Notes under the pieces: model-generated
Database searches by the model: none
What the model saw: only the letters and a program-made list of their open reading frames with translations
What the model was told of the DNA's origin: nothing
Shown here: piece after piece, positions 1 through 16,160 of the stretch
Numbering within the stretch: the first letter of the stretch is position 1
Layout of the letters: each line of letters starts with the position of its first letter
Program-made: the position numbers and the translations under genes
DNA from: Prorocentrum cordatum
Lineage: Eukaryota
DNA: 54,561 nt
Reading direction: 5' to 3'
Assembly (NCBI GenBank): GCA_963575745.1
Contig: CAUYUJ010000230.1
Location: forward strand, 62,001-116,561

Positions 1-620
1 TCCTGGAGGAACTCTTGGAGGCCTTTTGGGTCGTCTTGAAGGCCTTTGGGGGGCCTCTTGGGCCGTCTCGTGCCGTCTTGGACTCTCTTGGGTCGTCTGG
101 GAGGCCGTCTCGGACCATCTTGGGCCACCTTGGAGGTCATGGTGGACCATCTTGGAGGTCATCTTGGGCCAACGTGGCCATTTTGGCGCCATGTTGAGTC
201 GTTTTGGAAAACATCGTGCAATTGAGGTCCGTCCTGGGGCCCCGGCGGGGCGGGCCGAAACCCCGGTGGGGTTCTCTTGGAAAAAGAACCAAAACCAAAA
301 CCGAGAGGGTCTAGCACGCCAGGCACCCCTGCGATGAATCGACAGGGGGCGGCGGATCATAATGGCTTTCGGCCCATCCCGCCACCGTGCCTGGGTTTTG
401 GGTCTGGGGACTCTTGTATATGTGTTGGGGTGTCGTGGGGGGCCTTTCGGGGGCCTCTTGGGCGCGTTTTGGGCGCCTCTCGGGGGCCTCTTGGGGCCTC
501 GTGGGGTATATTTTCGGCCTCTTGGAGGCCTCCTGGGCGTGTCTTGGGTGCCTCTTGGGGCCTCTTGGGGCCTCTTGGTGGCCTTTTGGGGCCTTTTGGG
601 GGCTTCTCGGGGCACGTGTA
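1..620. repeat. GGGGCCTCTT-rich dispersed repeat family; also ~1010-1320, 9265-9950, 34150-34570, 44065-44130
   Basis: Degenerate ~10-11-mer periodicity shared among these loci. Confidence 0.8.
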
Positions 621-1654
621 GAATTTTCGGTTCGCGGGGCCTCCCTCTTGCATGTTGCCCCGTGAATGCAGTCTCTTGCGCCGCCAGGCATTGACCTGCG
701 CTCAGTGTCTGCCTGCTGGCGCGCTTGCATACGCGATGCAGCATTCGCGATGCAGCATTCCACGTTGTTCCTTGGCCGTCGTATCATGTGGAGTTTCTGC
801 CGATGCGCCGTCTAGGCGCGGCTTCTTGCGTGCGTGCGTTGCGAGTGTGGGCGGCGAAATGCGGCAACATGTTTATGTGGGGTCTGGCTGCCATGTATGC
901 CTGGATATGGATGGCTCCGCGCAGTGCGTCCGTGCCTGTTGGCCCGCCCGCGAGACAGGAAAAGCAAAGGAATAATGTTCGATTCGTGGCCCCCTGCTTG
1001 TGCCCCTCTTGTGGCACAAGCTCGGGGCCCTCTAAGCCCATATTGGAGGCCTCATGGGCGATCTTGGAGCCCTTTGGTCCATCATGGGGCCCTCTTGGAG
1101 GCCTCTTTGGCTGCCTTGGAGCTTCTCCAACCGTCTTGGAGTGTCGGAAAGCCGAACATGCGAGAAGGCCAACAGCCTTCAACCGCCTACGTGAAATCGA
1201 CGATTTTGGCCTCTCGGGGCTCTCTCGGGAGGCCTCTTTGAGCGCTCGTAGGGCCTCTTGGAGCCCTGCCCTGTTGGGCCATCTTGGAATCATCTTCGGG
1301 CGCCTTGGAGCATTCTTGGCCTCGGCAATGCGAATCTGGCGTCACTTGCCAGGGTTAATGAGCTCGAGGACGCGAATCTCGTGTACTTCGCGAGAGATTA
1401 TTGCCTCGGTGGCGCGGATCTTATGTATTTTTACGTGTCCCACGCCCATCGGGACAGCCAGACAATGCGATCTAGGCGTGGTAGCCGGGTTGGCTTGGGG
1501 CCCCCCCCGTTGCACGGACTTCAGCACTTTACAAAAAGGAGGCAGCAACCAGGACCTGTAACAGTGGATATTTGAAACTGCAATTGGCCCAGGGGGCAGC
1601 ACACTTCGGCCTACAGCCTGGTGGCCTCACAGGTGGACTGGCGGAACATTTCGC

Positions 1655-2360
1655 CTCTTCTCTTCTCTTCTCTTCTCTTCTCTTCTTTTCTCTTCTCTTC
1701 TCTTCTCTTCTCTTCTCTTCTCTTCTCTTCTCTTCTCTTCTCTTCTCTTCTCTTCTCTTCTCTTCTCCTTTCTTCTCTCCTCTTCCCTCCTTTTCCCGTC
1801 TCTTCTCTCTTCTCATCTTTTCACCTCTCCCTTCCCCTCCTCTCCTCTCCTCTCCTCTCCTCTCCTCTCTCCTCTCTCCTCTCTCCTCTCTCCTCTCTCC
1901 TCTCTCCTCTCTCCTCTCCCCTCTCCCCTCTGCCCTCTCCCTCCCCTCTCCCCTCTCCCTCTCCCCTCTCTCCTATCCTCTCCTCTCCTCTCTCCTCTCC
2001 TCTCCTCTCTCCCTCTCCTCTCCTCTCCTCTCCTCTCCTCCTCTCCTCCTCCTCTCCTCTCCCTCTCCTCCTCCTCTCCTCTCCTCTCCTCTCCTCTCCC
2101 TCCTCTCCTCTCCTCTCCTCCTCCTCTTCTCTCCTCTCTCCTCTCCTCTTCCTCTCCTCTCTCCTCTCTCTCCTCTCTTCTCCTCTCTCTCCTCTCCTCT
2201 CCTCTCCCTCTCCTCCTCTCCCCTCCTCTCCTCCTCCCCCTCTCCCCTCTCCCCTCTCCCCTCTCCCCTCCTCCCCTCTTCCCTCTCTCCTCTCCTCTCC
2301 TCTCCTCTCCTCTTCTCTCCTTTCCTCTCCTCTATTATCTTCTCCTCTCTTCTCTTTCCT
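1655..2360. repeat. Polypyrimidine microsatellite (CTCTT)n/(CTCCT)n
   Basis: Visible. Confidence 0.97.
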
Positions 2361-4028
2361 GATCGTTCAGCAATGCCAATGCCATACCCCGCTTCGATTC
2401 TAGGCCCGCATCTGCGAGTAGATACGGATATGAACAGCAGGCAAGGAGGGGCAGAGGGAATGATATGTGTACGACAGCACCTGTTTTGTCCTCTCCTCTC
2501 CCCTTTCTCTTTTCTCCCACTCCCCTCTCTCTGGAATCTCCGTGCGGATCTGACGTTGTCTCCCTCGAAGCTCCTTGGTTGGGGTCCTTGCAGCCCCCTG
2601 CAGGCTCCTGGACATCCCTGCGCCTTCACAGGCGGGCGTGCAGTGCCAAGGTGCGAGGCGCCCCAGGTGGCGTGCAGACGTCAGGCGCAGGGCCAGGATA
2701 GCCGGCGCCCCTACCCGTGGAGGAGTGCGTCATCCACGTTTGCGGCGTGCTCCCCGACATGAAAGAGGAGTATTCCCTACGCCCTTGTCCTTCTTCTCCT
2801 TCTCCTCCTCCTCCTCCTCATCCTCCACGTGCTCCTACTCCTCGGCCTCATCCTTCTCCTCGTCGTCGTCGTTGTACTCCTCCTCCTCCTCCTCCTCCTC
2901 GTTCCTTCAAGTCTCCTCCACTTCCTCGCCTCATCCCCCTCCTTTTCTCTCATTCCCTTCCCCTCTGCCCCCCCCTCCCCCCTCATGCCCCCGTACCTCC
3001 CTGCTGGTCTCCCTACTCCCCTCCCCCCTGCCACCCTGCCGCCCTCTTACCCCCCCTTCCCTCGGTAGTCCTTCCACTGGCTCGAGGGAGCTCTCTATGG
3101 CCTGGCAGGGCTCGGCCGCGGCCACACGGCCAAGGCAGGGAGTGCGCGCAGCAGCTGGGTCGCAGCTCAGCGACGAGGAGCCGCTTCCCAAGTTGAATGG
3201 GCAGCTGCTCTGGCAGCCGGCAAAACACGCGGATGCGGCCCCCATGTGTGCAGCCATCGCGGCTCGCCAGCTGAAGAGACATGGCAAGCTCAGCGGGGAT
3301 CTCTGCAAGAGGTTGCCAGGGTGGACGAGGCCTTCCTTCCCTCGGTTACCCTGCGCCGCCCGCCCCTCGTCGGCATCCGCATTACCTTCTCAGTGCTTGC
3401 GCTCGCGCTGTTTCACTGCCAGCTTTTGTACATTGGACATTCGACTTGTGGTAGTTCGCGGCGGCGGCACCTACCCACCCCTGTATAATGTTCACAGGCA
3501 GTGCGGGGGCGCGGCCGATGCGGATCGGGGGAGGAGTGCTACGCGTCCTGGGCGACGCCTAACCGGTGTAGTAAACGGTGCTTCCCTCGTCCACCCGTCT
3601 GTTTGCTTCGTCCCGCCGGCTCTGGCTCTCCGTGTGCGCTTTCGCCATCGTTTTTTTTGTTTGGTTTTGTCTTTTTTGTCTCGTTACCTTTCTGTCGAGC
3701 CGTTCCTTAGATCTTGACCAGGAGCGCTCTGGATCCACCATCCCTTCTCGGAGTCTCCAAAGAGGGCGCTGCAATAGGGCCAGCTATGGCAACCTTGGCC
3801 TTGGGCGAGGCTTTCAGCAGCTCCCAAGGCTCTGCCTCGAATGGGCGCGCCTGTTGGCAGATGCTGCGCGCGTGCCGCATGCCGCATGCCGAACGGCTCT
3901 CGCGCGAATTTTCGTTTAGGGCCGCCTTCCCCGCTTCGTCACCCCCTCCCACTCCCCCCCCTCCTCTTTCCGATGATGGCATGTGGAAGAGGAGGAGGGC
4001 GGGTTAAAGGGTGTGGAGGGTCGGAGTG

Positions 4029-6140
<2,112 letters not shown>

Positions 6141-6299
6141 GGCAAGGTAAGGAAAGGAATATAAAGGAAAGGGAGGCAGGTGGACAGATCGGTAGGTCGG
6201 TGCCCTCCCGTAGGTGATTGTATGTTGGGCCCGCGGGCTCTGGTCCTTTGGCAGAGGGTCGCAGGGCCAAGGAGGCGACTGCGTCGACTCCGCGAGGTT

Positions 6300-8000
6300 C
6301 ACTTAGGGGACGGGCAGGCAGGCCTGTGGCCGCCCAGGCCGCCCTTGCCCTCCTCCAAACCCCACTCTGCGCAGAAGAAGCCGCACCTTCGCTCGAGAAG
6401 CGAACGCACAGGGAAAAGAAGGGAAGGCCTGGGGAGAGGCTCCTCTCCCGCAGGGACCCCCGCCCGTACTCCCAGACGCCCCATGTCGACGCAGCACGCA
6501 ACTGCGGGACCAGGAGGCAAGGAGGGCGTCACCCCAGGAGGCAAGGAGGGCTTTTTCCCTTGGCCCTGACCAGAAGGCTGCCCCCTCGTGCTCGAGGACA
6601 GCCGCCAGTGCGGCCGCCTCCGCGAAGCCTTCCTCGCCCGGCCGCGCCATTAAGAGAGCCTTGACGCTGAGCTTTTTTTTCGGGTGGCACATCCTTGCCT
6701 CTCGCCTTCCAGAAGACTTGCCTGAGGGGGCCGGTCTTCGCGCAGGCGGCAAGCACATGCAGGGCGGGGCTGCGGGTGAGGTTGTCGGAGTAGATGCAGT
6801 TCTGGCGACGAGCCCACGAGCGAGCGCCCCCGACTTGGGTAAGACGCACCAGCCAGAGGCGAAGGCGAGCGAGCGTTCTCTGGCCGTGGAGTGCTTCCCA
6901 GCTCTGTTCCCAGAGTCAGGGCGCGGGACAGATCGCGCCGGACCCGCCCGCCCAAGGAGAGGTAGGGGAGCGGTCGCGTGCGTCAGGACAGCTCTTGAAC
7001 TACCTGCCTTCGACAACGTTTTCCATAGATCCCGCGTGCTTTGGCCATGTGCGCCTCCAGGCTGGACCCTGGAAAAGATACATCCCAGGCCGTCCAATCT
7101 GGCAGATCCCAGGTCTCCAGTAGATGCAGCGATGCGCGTGACTACGTGCGCCGGGGCGCCAGGTGGGCGCGTGCGAGAATTGCTTAGAAAAGATCAGATT
7201 TCGGCTGCCTCCAGAGACCCGCCCTCCTCCGAGCGACGCCCAGGACCGCGCGCCCCGAGCTCGAGAGCGTCCAGCGCAGTGCTGCGATGACTGGGGCCGC
7301 TTTCTTTCGCGGCGGGCACCCTGGGAAAGGCCGTGTTCACTCTGCGTGGCAGTCGTCTAGTTTGGAAGGGGCCCGGTCGACGATGGCGTAGAGCCAGCGG
7401 TCGAGGCGGAGGGATGGATCAGGATGCCACTGGAGACCTGCCCCGCCAGGGTGGCACACAAAGCGGATGCAGCCCCCAGGTGGGAGATCAGCAGGCATTC
7501 CGGGGGCAAGTTCCCGCCTTATTGCAGACCGAGCCCTTTGTGCGACGAGGGCTCGTGGAGCTGGATAGGCTTGCGATCGCGCGGCGGGATGACCGCTGGT
7601 GGCTGGGCGGCTGCACCTGCGGCCCGCGCGTGCTCGCCTCCGTGGGCCACGACCGCGTGCTTAGAGGGCTTGGTGTGCGGGGAAGCCTTCTGACGAAGCG
7701 CCCGCTCCGCCATCGCTGCCTGCAACAGTTGCGCAGTTCCGCGCGAGGGCGCCGTTGCAGCGGAGTCGTCCGCATGGAGGATGACCGCTAACCGCAGAGG
7801 CGCGGTAGGGTGTGATGCTTCGAGCGCCGTCGCCTCATCCCCAGCGCGCTCCCGGAACGAGGGTAGTCCCTTGTTGATCTGCAGTGCCTGACCGAGCGCT
7901 GCCGTTGCTCCTTGGGTGGGCACGCTCGTGCCCAGCCATCTGCGCTGCGCCCAGGCGGGATGGGTGCTGGCCCCGCGTCTACCCCGCAGCCTGCTGCTCG
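6300..8000 (-). mobile_element. Possible highly decayed RT/pol remnant (DIRS-like)
   Basis: SVPTQGATAAL..Q followed by VILHADD (7765-7776), spaced like RT motifs B and C. The rest is unalignable by eye. Confidence 0.3.
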
Positions 8001-8155
8001 CAGTATCTCCGCCAGGAAGTCCATGTACACCGCTCCGGATAAAATATATCAAGGGTAACATTGGCTGCATTTGCCAGGGTGGCGTGGGCGGGAGAGGGGG
8101 CCGTCCAGACCTTGCGTACCGGTCTGGACCACGGCGTGCCCCTGCAGCATTTCCG

Positions 8156-8177
8156 TCCGACGCCATTTTGGCTCAAG
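8156..8177 (+). other. Dinoflagellate spliced-leader (DinoSL) relic
   Basis: TCCGACGCCATTTTGGCTCAAG versus DCCGTAGCCATTTTGGCTCAAG: 20/22 identical. Confidence 0.9.
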
Positions 8178-8272
8178 TGCTGCGCGCCACTCAGGGGGGC
8201 TGGATCACTCTTGCCAGAGGTCGCTCGTGGCGCACTCGATCCGCACCTCGCGCCTCTTTGCGGCCGCTCGCG

Positions 8273-9260
8273 ATGGCCAGCATGGCCGACCGTGCCATGT
8301 ATCCGGACGATATTGTTATTGCTGGTTGGGCCGATGTCGCGGCGGTCGCGACATGGGCAGGGGTGCCAGAACCGATCCGCAGGGCCTACCTCACGGCGCC
8401 CGGGGACAGGAATCTCTTTGGCATCCCGGTGTCGGTAGCCCTCCCGCCACGTATTCACGAGCGGGCCATCGCAGGCCTCGACCCAGCCACCGACATCGAC
8501 CGGGTGCGGGTTTGCATGCTCGTGAACGCGGTGCGCCTCAAGGTCGGCATGCAGCTGGTCGAGCTCATGCCGCCGCTGGCCCCACCTGGGGGGGCGTCGC
8601 AGCCCGGGGCAGGGGCGCGGGTTGCAGCCCTGCTCAACCGTAGGGCGTGCAGCCGAAGGTGCGTTTGAGTCTCGTACAGGACCAGGCGAAGGACATCGGC
8701 ATCCCGCTGGCGGGCTGGGCGGAGCTCGCGAAGAAGTGTGCTCGATACCTCGCGCTGGGCGATCAGCCGCTCCCGGCGGAGCAAGTCACCGACGCCCAGC
8801 TCACCGCTGGGAGCTGGCTGCTCGAGCACGGGCCGGGCCTCTACGTCGACTTCGGCGTGTGGTGCTCGTGCCAATCGCGGGCCGAGCGCTGCGGCAAGTT
8901 CGTGGCCCAAATTCTTTAGCCAGACGGGACTCGGCGCTCGGTTGAGATCAGTGGCCCGGATTGCTCCGAGTCCTGGGGGCAGTGCTGGAAGGTCTTTCGG
9001 ACGGGCGCGATCATGGACGCGGTCGCGCTGTCGAGCACGCTGGACAGCTACGCCGCGCAGTTCAAGGAGCGGGTCAAGATGTTCCCGGGTTTGTGGTCTC
9101 GGCGGACCGAACTCGCGCGCTCGCCTCGCCTCGCCGCCCAAGCGGGCCAGCGGTGCCGCATGGTGTGGATCGTGGGGGAGCGCCGGACGCAGGAGCAGTT
9201 CGCTGCCGACCATCTGGGGCTCAGCGCTTACTGGTGGAGCACGGTGCTCAAAGCAGCCTG
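8273..9260 (+). pseudogene. Frameshifted gag-like ORF of a retroelement, probably DIRS/tyrosine-recombinase type; truncated
   Basis: Three successive frames: ..ATWAGVPE..RVCMLVNAVR; KVRLSLVQDQ..EQVTDAQLTA..LYVDFGVW..KF; W..CWKVFRTGAIM..TLDSY..FPGLW. Recognised from memory as resembling dinoflagellate retroelement ORF1 proteins. Confidence 0.55.
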
Positions 9261-10219
9261 GCACTCTCTTGTCCCGTCTGGGGGCCCTCTTGAACCTTGT
9301 CGGTCCCTTTGGGAGGCCTCTGGGAACGTCTGGGAATGATCTTTGGGACCTCTTGGGCCGTGTTAGGCCATTCTGGGCCCGAAAAGGCGAGAGCCCGAAG
9401 AACGTGCCAAAACCTAAGGGAAGTCAATGTTGAAGGGCCCTCTTGAGGACCGTTTTGGAGCTCTTGGGCCGTCTTGGGGCCAGCCCAGTCCCTGCGCGCA
9501 AGCAGCCCAGTCCCCACGCCGCCTCTTCGGGTCCCCTTGGGAGTCTCTCGGGAGCATCTTGGGGCCGTCTTGGGGCTCTCTTGGGGCCGTGTTGGGGCCC
9601 TCTGGGGCTGTTTTGGAGCCTTCTTGGGCCGTCTGGGGGCTCTCTTGAACCGTTGTCGGCCCCTTTTGGGGGGCCTCTGGGGCCGTCTTGGGACGAGCAT
9701 TGGGGCTTCGTGGGCCGTGTTGGACCCTTCTGGGCCCGAAGAGGCGAGAACCCGACAAACCTTCAAAAACCGTTGATTAATCAACGTTTTTGGCTTTCTG
9801 AAGCCCTCTCGAGGGCCCTCTTGAGGGCCTGTGGAGCCGTCCCGAGGCTCTCTTGGACCGTCCGGAGGCCATCTGATGCTTTCTTAGGGCCGTGTTTGGA
9901 CCGTTTTGAGGCCCTCCTGGGATGTCTTGGGGCCCTCGAGCCGCTTCACTCGACAACGTAAGAGGAAACGGGCCATGGAAGGCGCCCGCGAGCCGCTTCA
10001 CTTGATACCATTCGAGGGAAGCGGCCCACGCTGGCCATTCACGCCGGGTCTCGAACGCCTCGCCCCTCCCCTGGGAACCTCCCTATAGAGGGCTTCGCCC
10101 CAGCTCGACGTCATCACTCGTGCCTCGCTCTTTCCGCCCCCTGGGCCAAAGAGCGTCCCGACAGCCAGCTTACCCTGCCCCACGCACACCTCTGGCAAAT
10201 ACCGATTCTGGCGCCCACG

Positions 10220-12378
<2,159 letters not shown>

Positions 12379-12507
12379 TCTGCTATGGGAGGTCTACTTT
12401 CGATATATTGGTGATTTATCGCCGATTCCAGGTCGATGTTTCCCCTCCCTGAGCTGGTGCCCCCCCCTCACGTTGCCTCTCCAAGGAGGGTGGGGAGGAG
12501 GAGCCAG

Positions 12508-12657
12508 GAGGAGAAGGACTGTTCCCACCTCGACCTCACCAACACGCTCTGGGGCCTCGCCCGGCTCTACCCCGACGCCGGGGGTTCCCGAGCCTCGGGC
12601 ACCGAGCTGGCGGTGGCCGCCGCGTTCCAGGCGCTCGTGAGAGGATGTATCGACAAG
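12508..12657 (+). CDS. Exon of HPR/OPR-type helical repeat protein (first exon recognised; upstream exons not identified)
   Basis: cAG|G acceptor; EEKDCSHLDLTNTLWGLARL..GCIDK; AAG|GC donor. Alternative acceptor at 12486. Confidence 0.78.
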
Positions 12658-15600
12658 GCCCAGGGGACGGGGGGCCCTCTCCGCAGGGGCTCACACCTCT
12701 GGAGGCCTCCCTGATGGGGTCCGAGTTCGTGGGGTCGTAAGACCACGGCGCATCGCCAATGCATCGGCGATGCATCGTCGACGTCGGCGACGCAGTGTGG
12801 GGAATATCGGGCTCGGCGAAGCGGTGCGATCCTCCGACCCCATCTGCTCGGACCCGATTTGGGAGGCCCGGAACCTCGTCAAGGGCTAAACGACTTCTGC
12901 TGTCCCTCGACTCGCGCTGGAGATTCAACGAGTTGTCCAGATCAATCTATGCCTAGAGTGGCATTGATCCGCGCATATGTATATCGAGATACTCAGATTT
13001 TTGCATAGATTGGAAAAGTTTCGCCAAGCCCTGAACGGAACACTCCCAATGCCTTGAACAAGTCAGCACAGAGGTTTTCCCTCGCGTTTGGCCTTCGGGG
13101 GCCCTCCCCAGGCCCCTGGGCCGTCAACAAAAAGCGCAGGGCGAAAGGCTGGCCCTGCTGGGGAGAGGGCTGGGACGTCCAGGGACCCAGCAGTAAGGGA
13201 AAATCCAAGACATCGGATGTCTGGGGAGCCGGAGCCCTCCCCGCAGGAAGGCTCCTTCCATACCCGAGGCCATACCCGAGGCCCTAGGGCGGCAGCTCCT
13301 CCATACCCGAGGCCCGAGGGGCCCCTTGTCGGGCCTCAAGAGACCCCGTGGGCCATCCGACGACGTGTTTTTTTCGATGCGCGGCAGGCAGAGGTCCCGA
13401 GGCCCGTTTCCTGGGGCCAGTTTTTCGCCCCAGGCGCGGTTCTGACGGCCCATGGGGCCCGACAACGGGCCCCCTGACAGCTCAAACCGAGGCAGAACGC
13501 CAAGGTTGAAAAATGCGTATCGACGGGGATCTGCGACTTCTGCTAGGCCTGTGGTTTTGAGTTCTCCTCCTGTTCTCCACCCTCGGGGGCGCTCCTGTCG
13601 CCTCGGCGGAGCGCGTCTCGGAATCCACCAGCCAGAGGTGGTGCCCGGAAGGAGTCCAGGAGTCCGGGAGTAGTCCGTTGAGGGCGGGTTCTGGCCATCC
13701 TATCAGATTTTTCCAGTCTGGGCGCTGCTCTCTGTCTCGACCTCTATGGGATCCGCTTCCGGGCCCAATCAAGCTGGCCCTGGGTCGAGACTTGGGGTTG
13801 CACACTGAAAACATCTCGTCGTCGGGTGCCTCAGCATCCTCATCTGGACTGGCACAGCGAAACCCGAAGGGATCAGCATGTACCCCCACCTGCGGGGGAA
13901 GTCGGCTATGGGGCCATGGGGATGGGGATCGGATGCGCACAATGCTCAATGCCTGGGGGTGGGGTGAAGGTGAGGGCTCTCAGGGGGCGTCCAGGCAGCG
14001 TCCCATCCTGCCCCCTCTCGCTCGTGCTTCTCCTGCTCAACCTGCTCCCGCTGCTTGTGCCTCGAAGACCGCAAGGATTCGTTGCACTTGGTCGGTTTCG
14101 CGCGCGGTTCCGCTCGAACATGTGCAAGAGCGGAAACGATGAGCGGGGCGGGGCGCCGCTTCCCACTGCAGACCAGACTCAGAAGCCAGGCGAAGGCTGG
14201 CAAACCCGTGGCTGCTAAAACGGAGCTCCGGGAAACTGTTTCTTGCTTCCAAGAAGCAGCCGCTTACTATTTAGTGCGCTGAGTTTTTTTGTTGATTTTT
14301 CCGGGAAGGTCGTTTTAGCAGCCACGGATTTGCCAGCTCTCGCCCAGCTTCCGACAGACCTCCTTGAACCGCACCCTGGTCGCCCGCTCCCAACTGCTGC
14401 CCTTGCGCTCCACCTCCTGCTGCTCCCGCTCCTCCCGCTCCCGCCGATCCAGCTGCTCCTGCTCGTGCTCCTGGCTCCCGCTCCCTCCCGCCTGGCCCCC
14501 CGCCGCTCGCGCCCCCTTCCCCTCCTCTCGTCGCGAGATCCTCAAACAGGGTGGGCTCCACGGCTTCCTGAGATGACAGTGGAGAGAGCGTCGCCCCACG
14601 AGGAAGGCGAGCTGTGCGGTCCCAGCGGACGCGGTACCAGGAACATTCCCTTCTCCTTCCTCCTCCTCCCCAGGTCCCCGTCGCTCACCTGAGGATCTGG
14701 GCAGGCTGAGCGCATCCGCTATGCATTTCTGACCTGAGGGCAAGCTCACGCAAGCCTGACTGCAGTCAAGAGCACGGCTTCCCTCGCCCAATCTTCCTCC
14801 TCCTCCTCCTTCCTCTACCTTCTCCAGGGCCTCCCCCTTCTCCATCTCCTTCCCTCCTCCAGTCCCCGCCCCCCCTTCCTCGAAACCAAGGGGTGCTTTT
14901 ACCGGCGAGGCTCCGCGCGGATCTCCTGGACCTGCGCTGGAGGCCCCTCTGGCGCCAACCCTGGCACGCTCCGCGCGCCAGACAGGGGGTCCAGCTCTGA
15001 TCTAAGAACTCCGCGCAGAACTTCGAGAGTTTGTGATGATTTTTTTCCCAAGCAGTGCTTGCGCTTGGGGCCTCTTGCTCAGGTCACCTGAGGACTTGCA
15101 TGGATCTGTCGAGGTGTCGCCTGGTGCTCGGTTGGTGCCTGGTCTTGGGCGCCTCGTGGGCACCCCGTGCGCTGGGTGGGCTGGCCGAGGTTCCGCCTGG
15201 TGCCCGGTTGGTGCCCAGTCGTCGGCGACTCGCGGGCGCCCTTTGCGCTGGGTGGGTCGGCCCGGTCGTGGGCGCCTCGAGGGTGGACCTTTCGCTGGGT
15301 GGCCGCATAGCTCACGCGACATGGCCTGCACCATTTTCTTGCACCGCGAAGCTAACACTGCAGAGAGTCCACCCAACATTCATGTATATACTGCACACAT
15401 ACCTTCAACAATCCGGAACAGAACTTGATTGCACCACATAGATTGCATCTAATAATTTACACCGCACAGCGTGCACCACATACAATGCTACACAGCATTA
15501 CTATACCACGCAGCTTGCAATCTATATCTGGCATCACATAGCGTGCACCATCTCACTTGCACCGCATTGCTTACACCACACAGCTTGCACCACATATTGC

Positions 15601-16045
15601 ACATGCACAGTGCAACAACTCTTTGATCGGGGTTCACGGTCTACGCTATTAAACATTTGTCGTTTATTCTCGTTTATCCGACCTTTTACCCTTCTTCGAG
15701 GAGCCATGTCGATCCGAATGCTTCGGCCGGGGGCGCTGACAGGGGTGTACTGGCCCATGGACCCCCCCACTAGCTATTCATCGCCGCTCGGGGCCTGGGC
15801 CTTCCGACCCGCCTGGGAAGGGCCTGCCAGCGATCTGTCGGCGACGTATCGCTAATGTCGCGTCCAAGTTTTCCCCCTGCCTGAGGCAGTCCCCACCCAC
15901 CCTCTTTCGTCCCCCCCCCTCTGCAGCGTTCCCCCTCCCCCAGCCTCTCCCGGTAGGGAGGAGAAGGAGGAGGAGGAGGGAGTGAGCGAGGAGGAGGGGG
16001 GTAGCAAGAGTGCCTGCCTGTCTCCCTTCCCCTCGCGTTCTAGAG

Positions 16046-16160
16046 GTCGCGATGCTCACGCCGCAGTGCTTGGCGAACTCGTTCTGGGCCATGGGGCGCC
16101 TCAAGGTCCGGGGGGCCGACGTGGACAGGTTCGTGGACCGGGCGCTGAAAGCCCTGGCCA
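16046..16160 (+). CDS. Exon of HPR/OPR-type protein
   Basis: AG|G acceptor; VAMLTPQCLANSFWAMGRLKVRGADVDRFVDRALKALA; GC donor in phase 1, matching the next exon. Confidence 0.82.

Noticed and set aside
177..190. GCCATTTTGGC as an SL relic
   Set aside because: Lacks the TCAAG 3' end and lies within a GGCC/TCTT-rich repeat where such matches arise by chance.
1572..2762. 396-aa Leu/Ser/Pro ORF
   Set aside because: Polypyrimidine microsatellite artefact.
12700..14850. Possible minus-strand gene or transposon (the peptide CIADAL occurs twice)
   Set aside because: No coherent frame or family motif could be established by eye.
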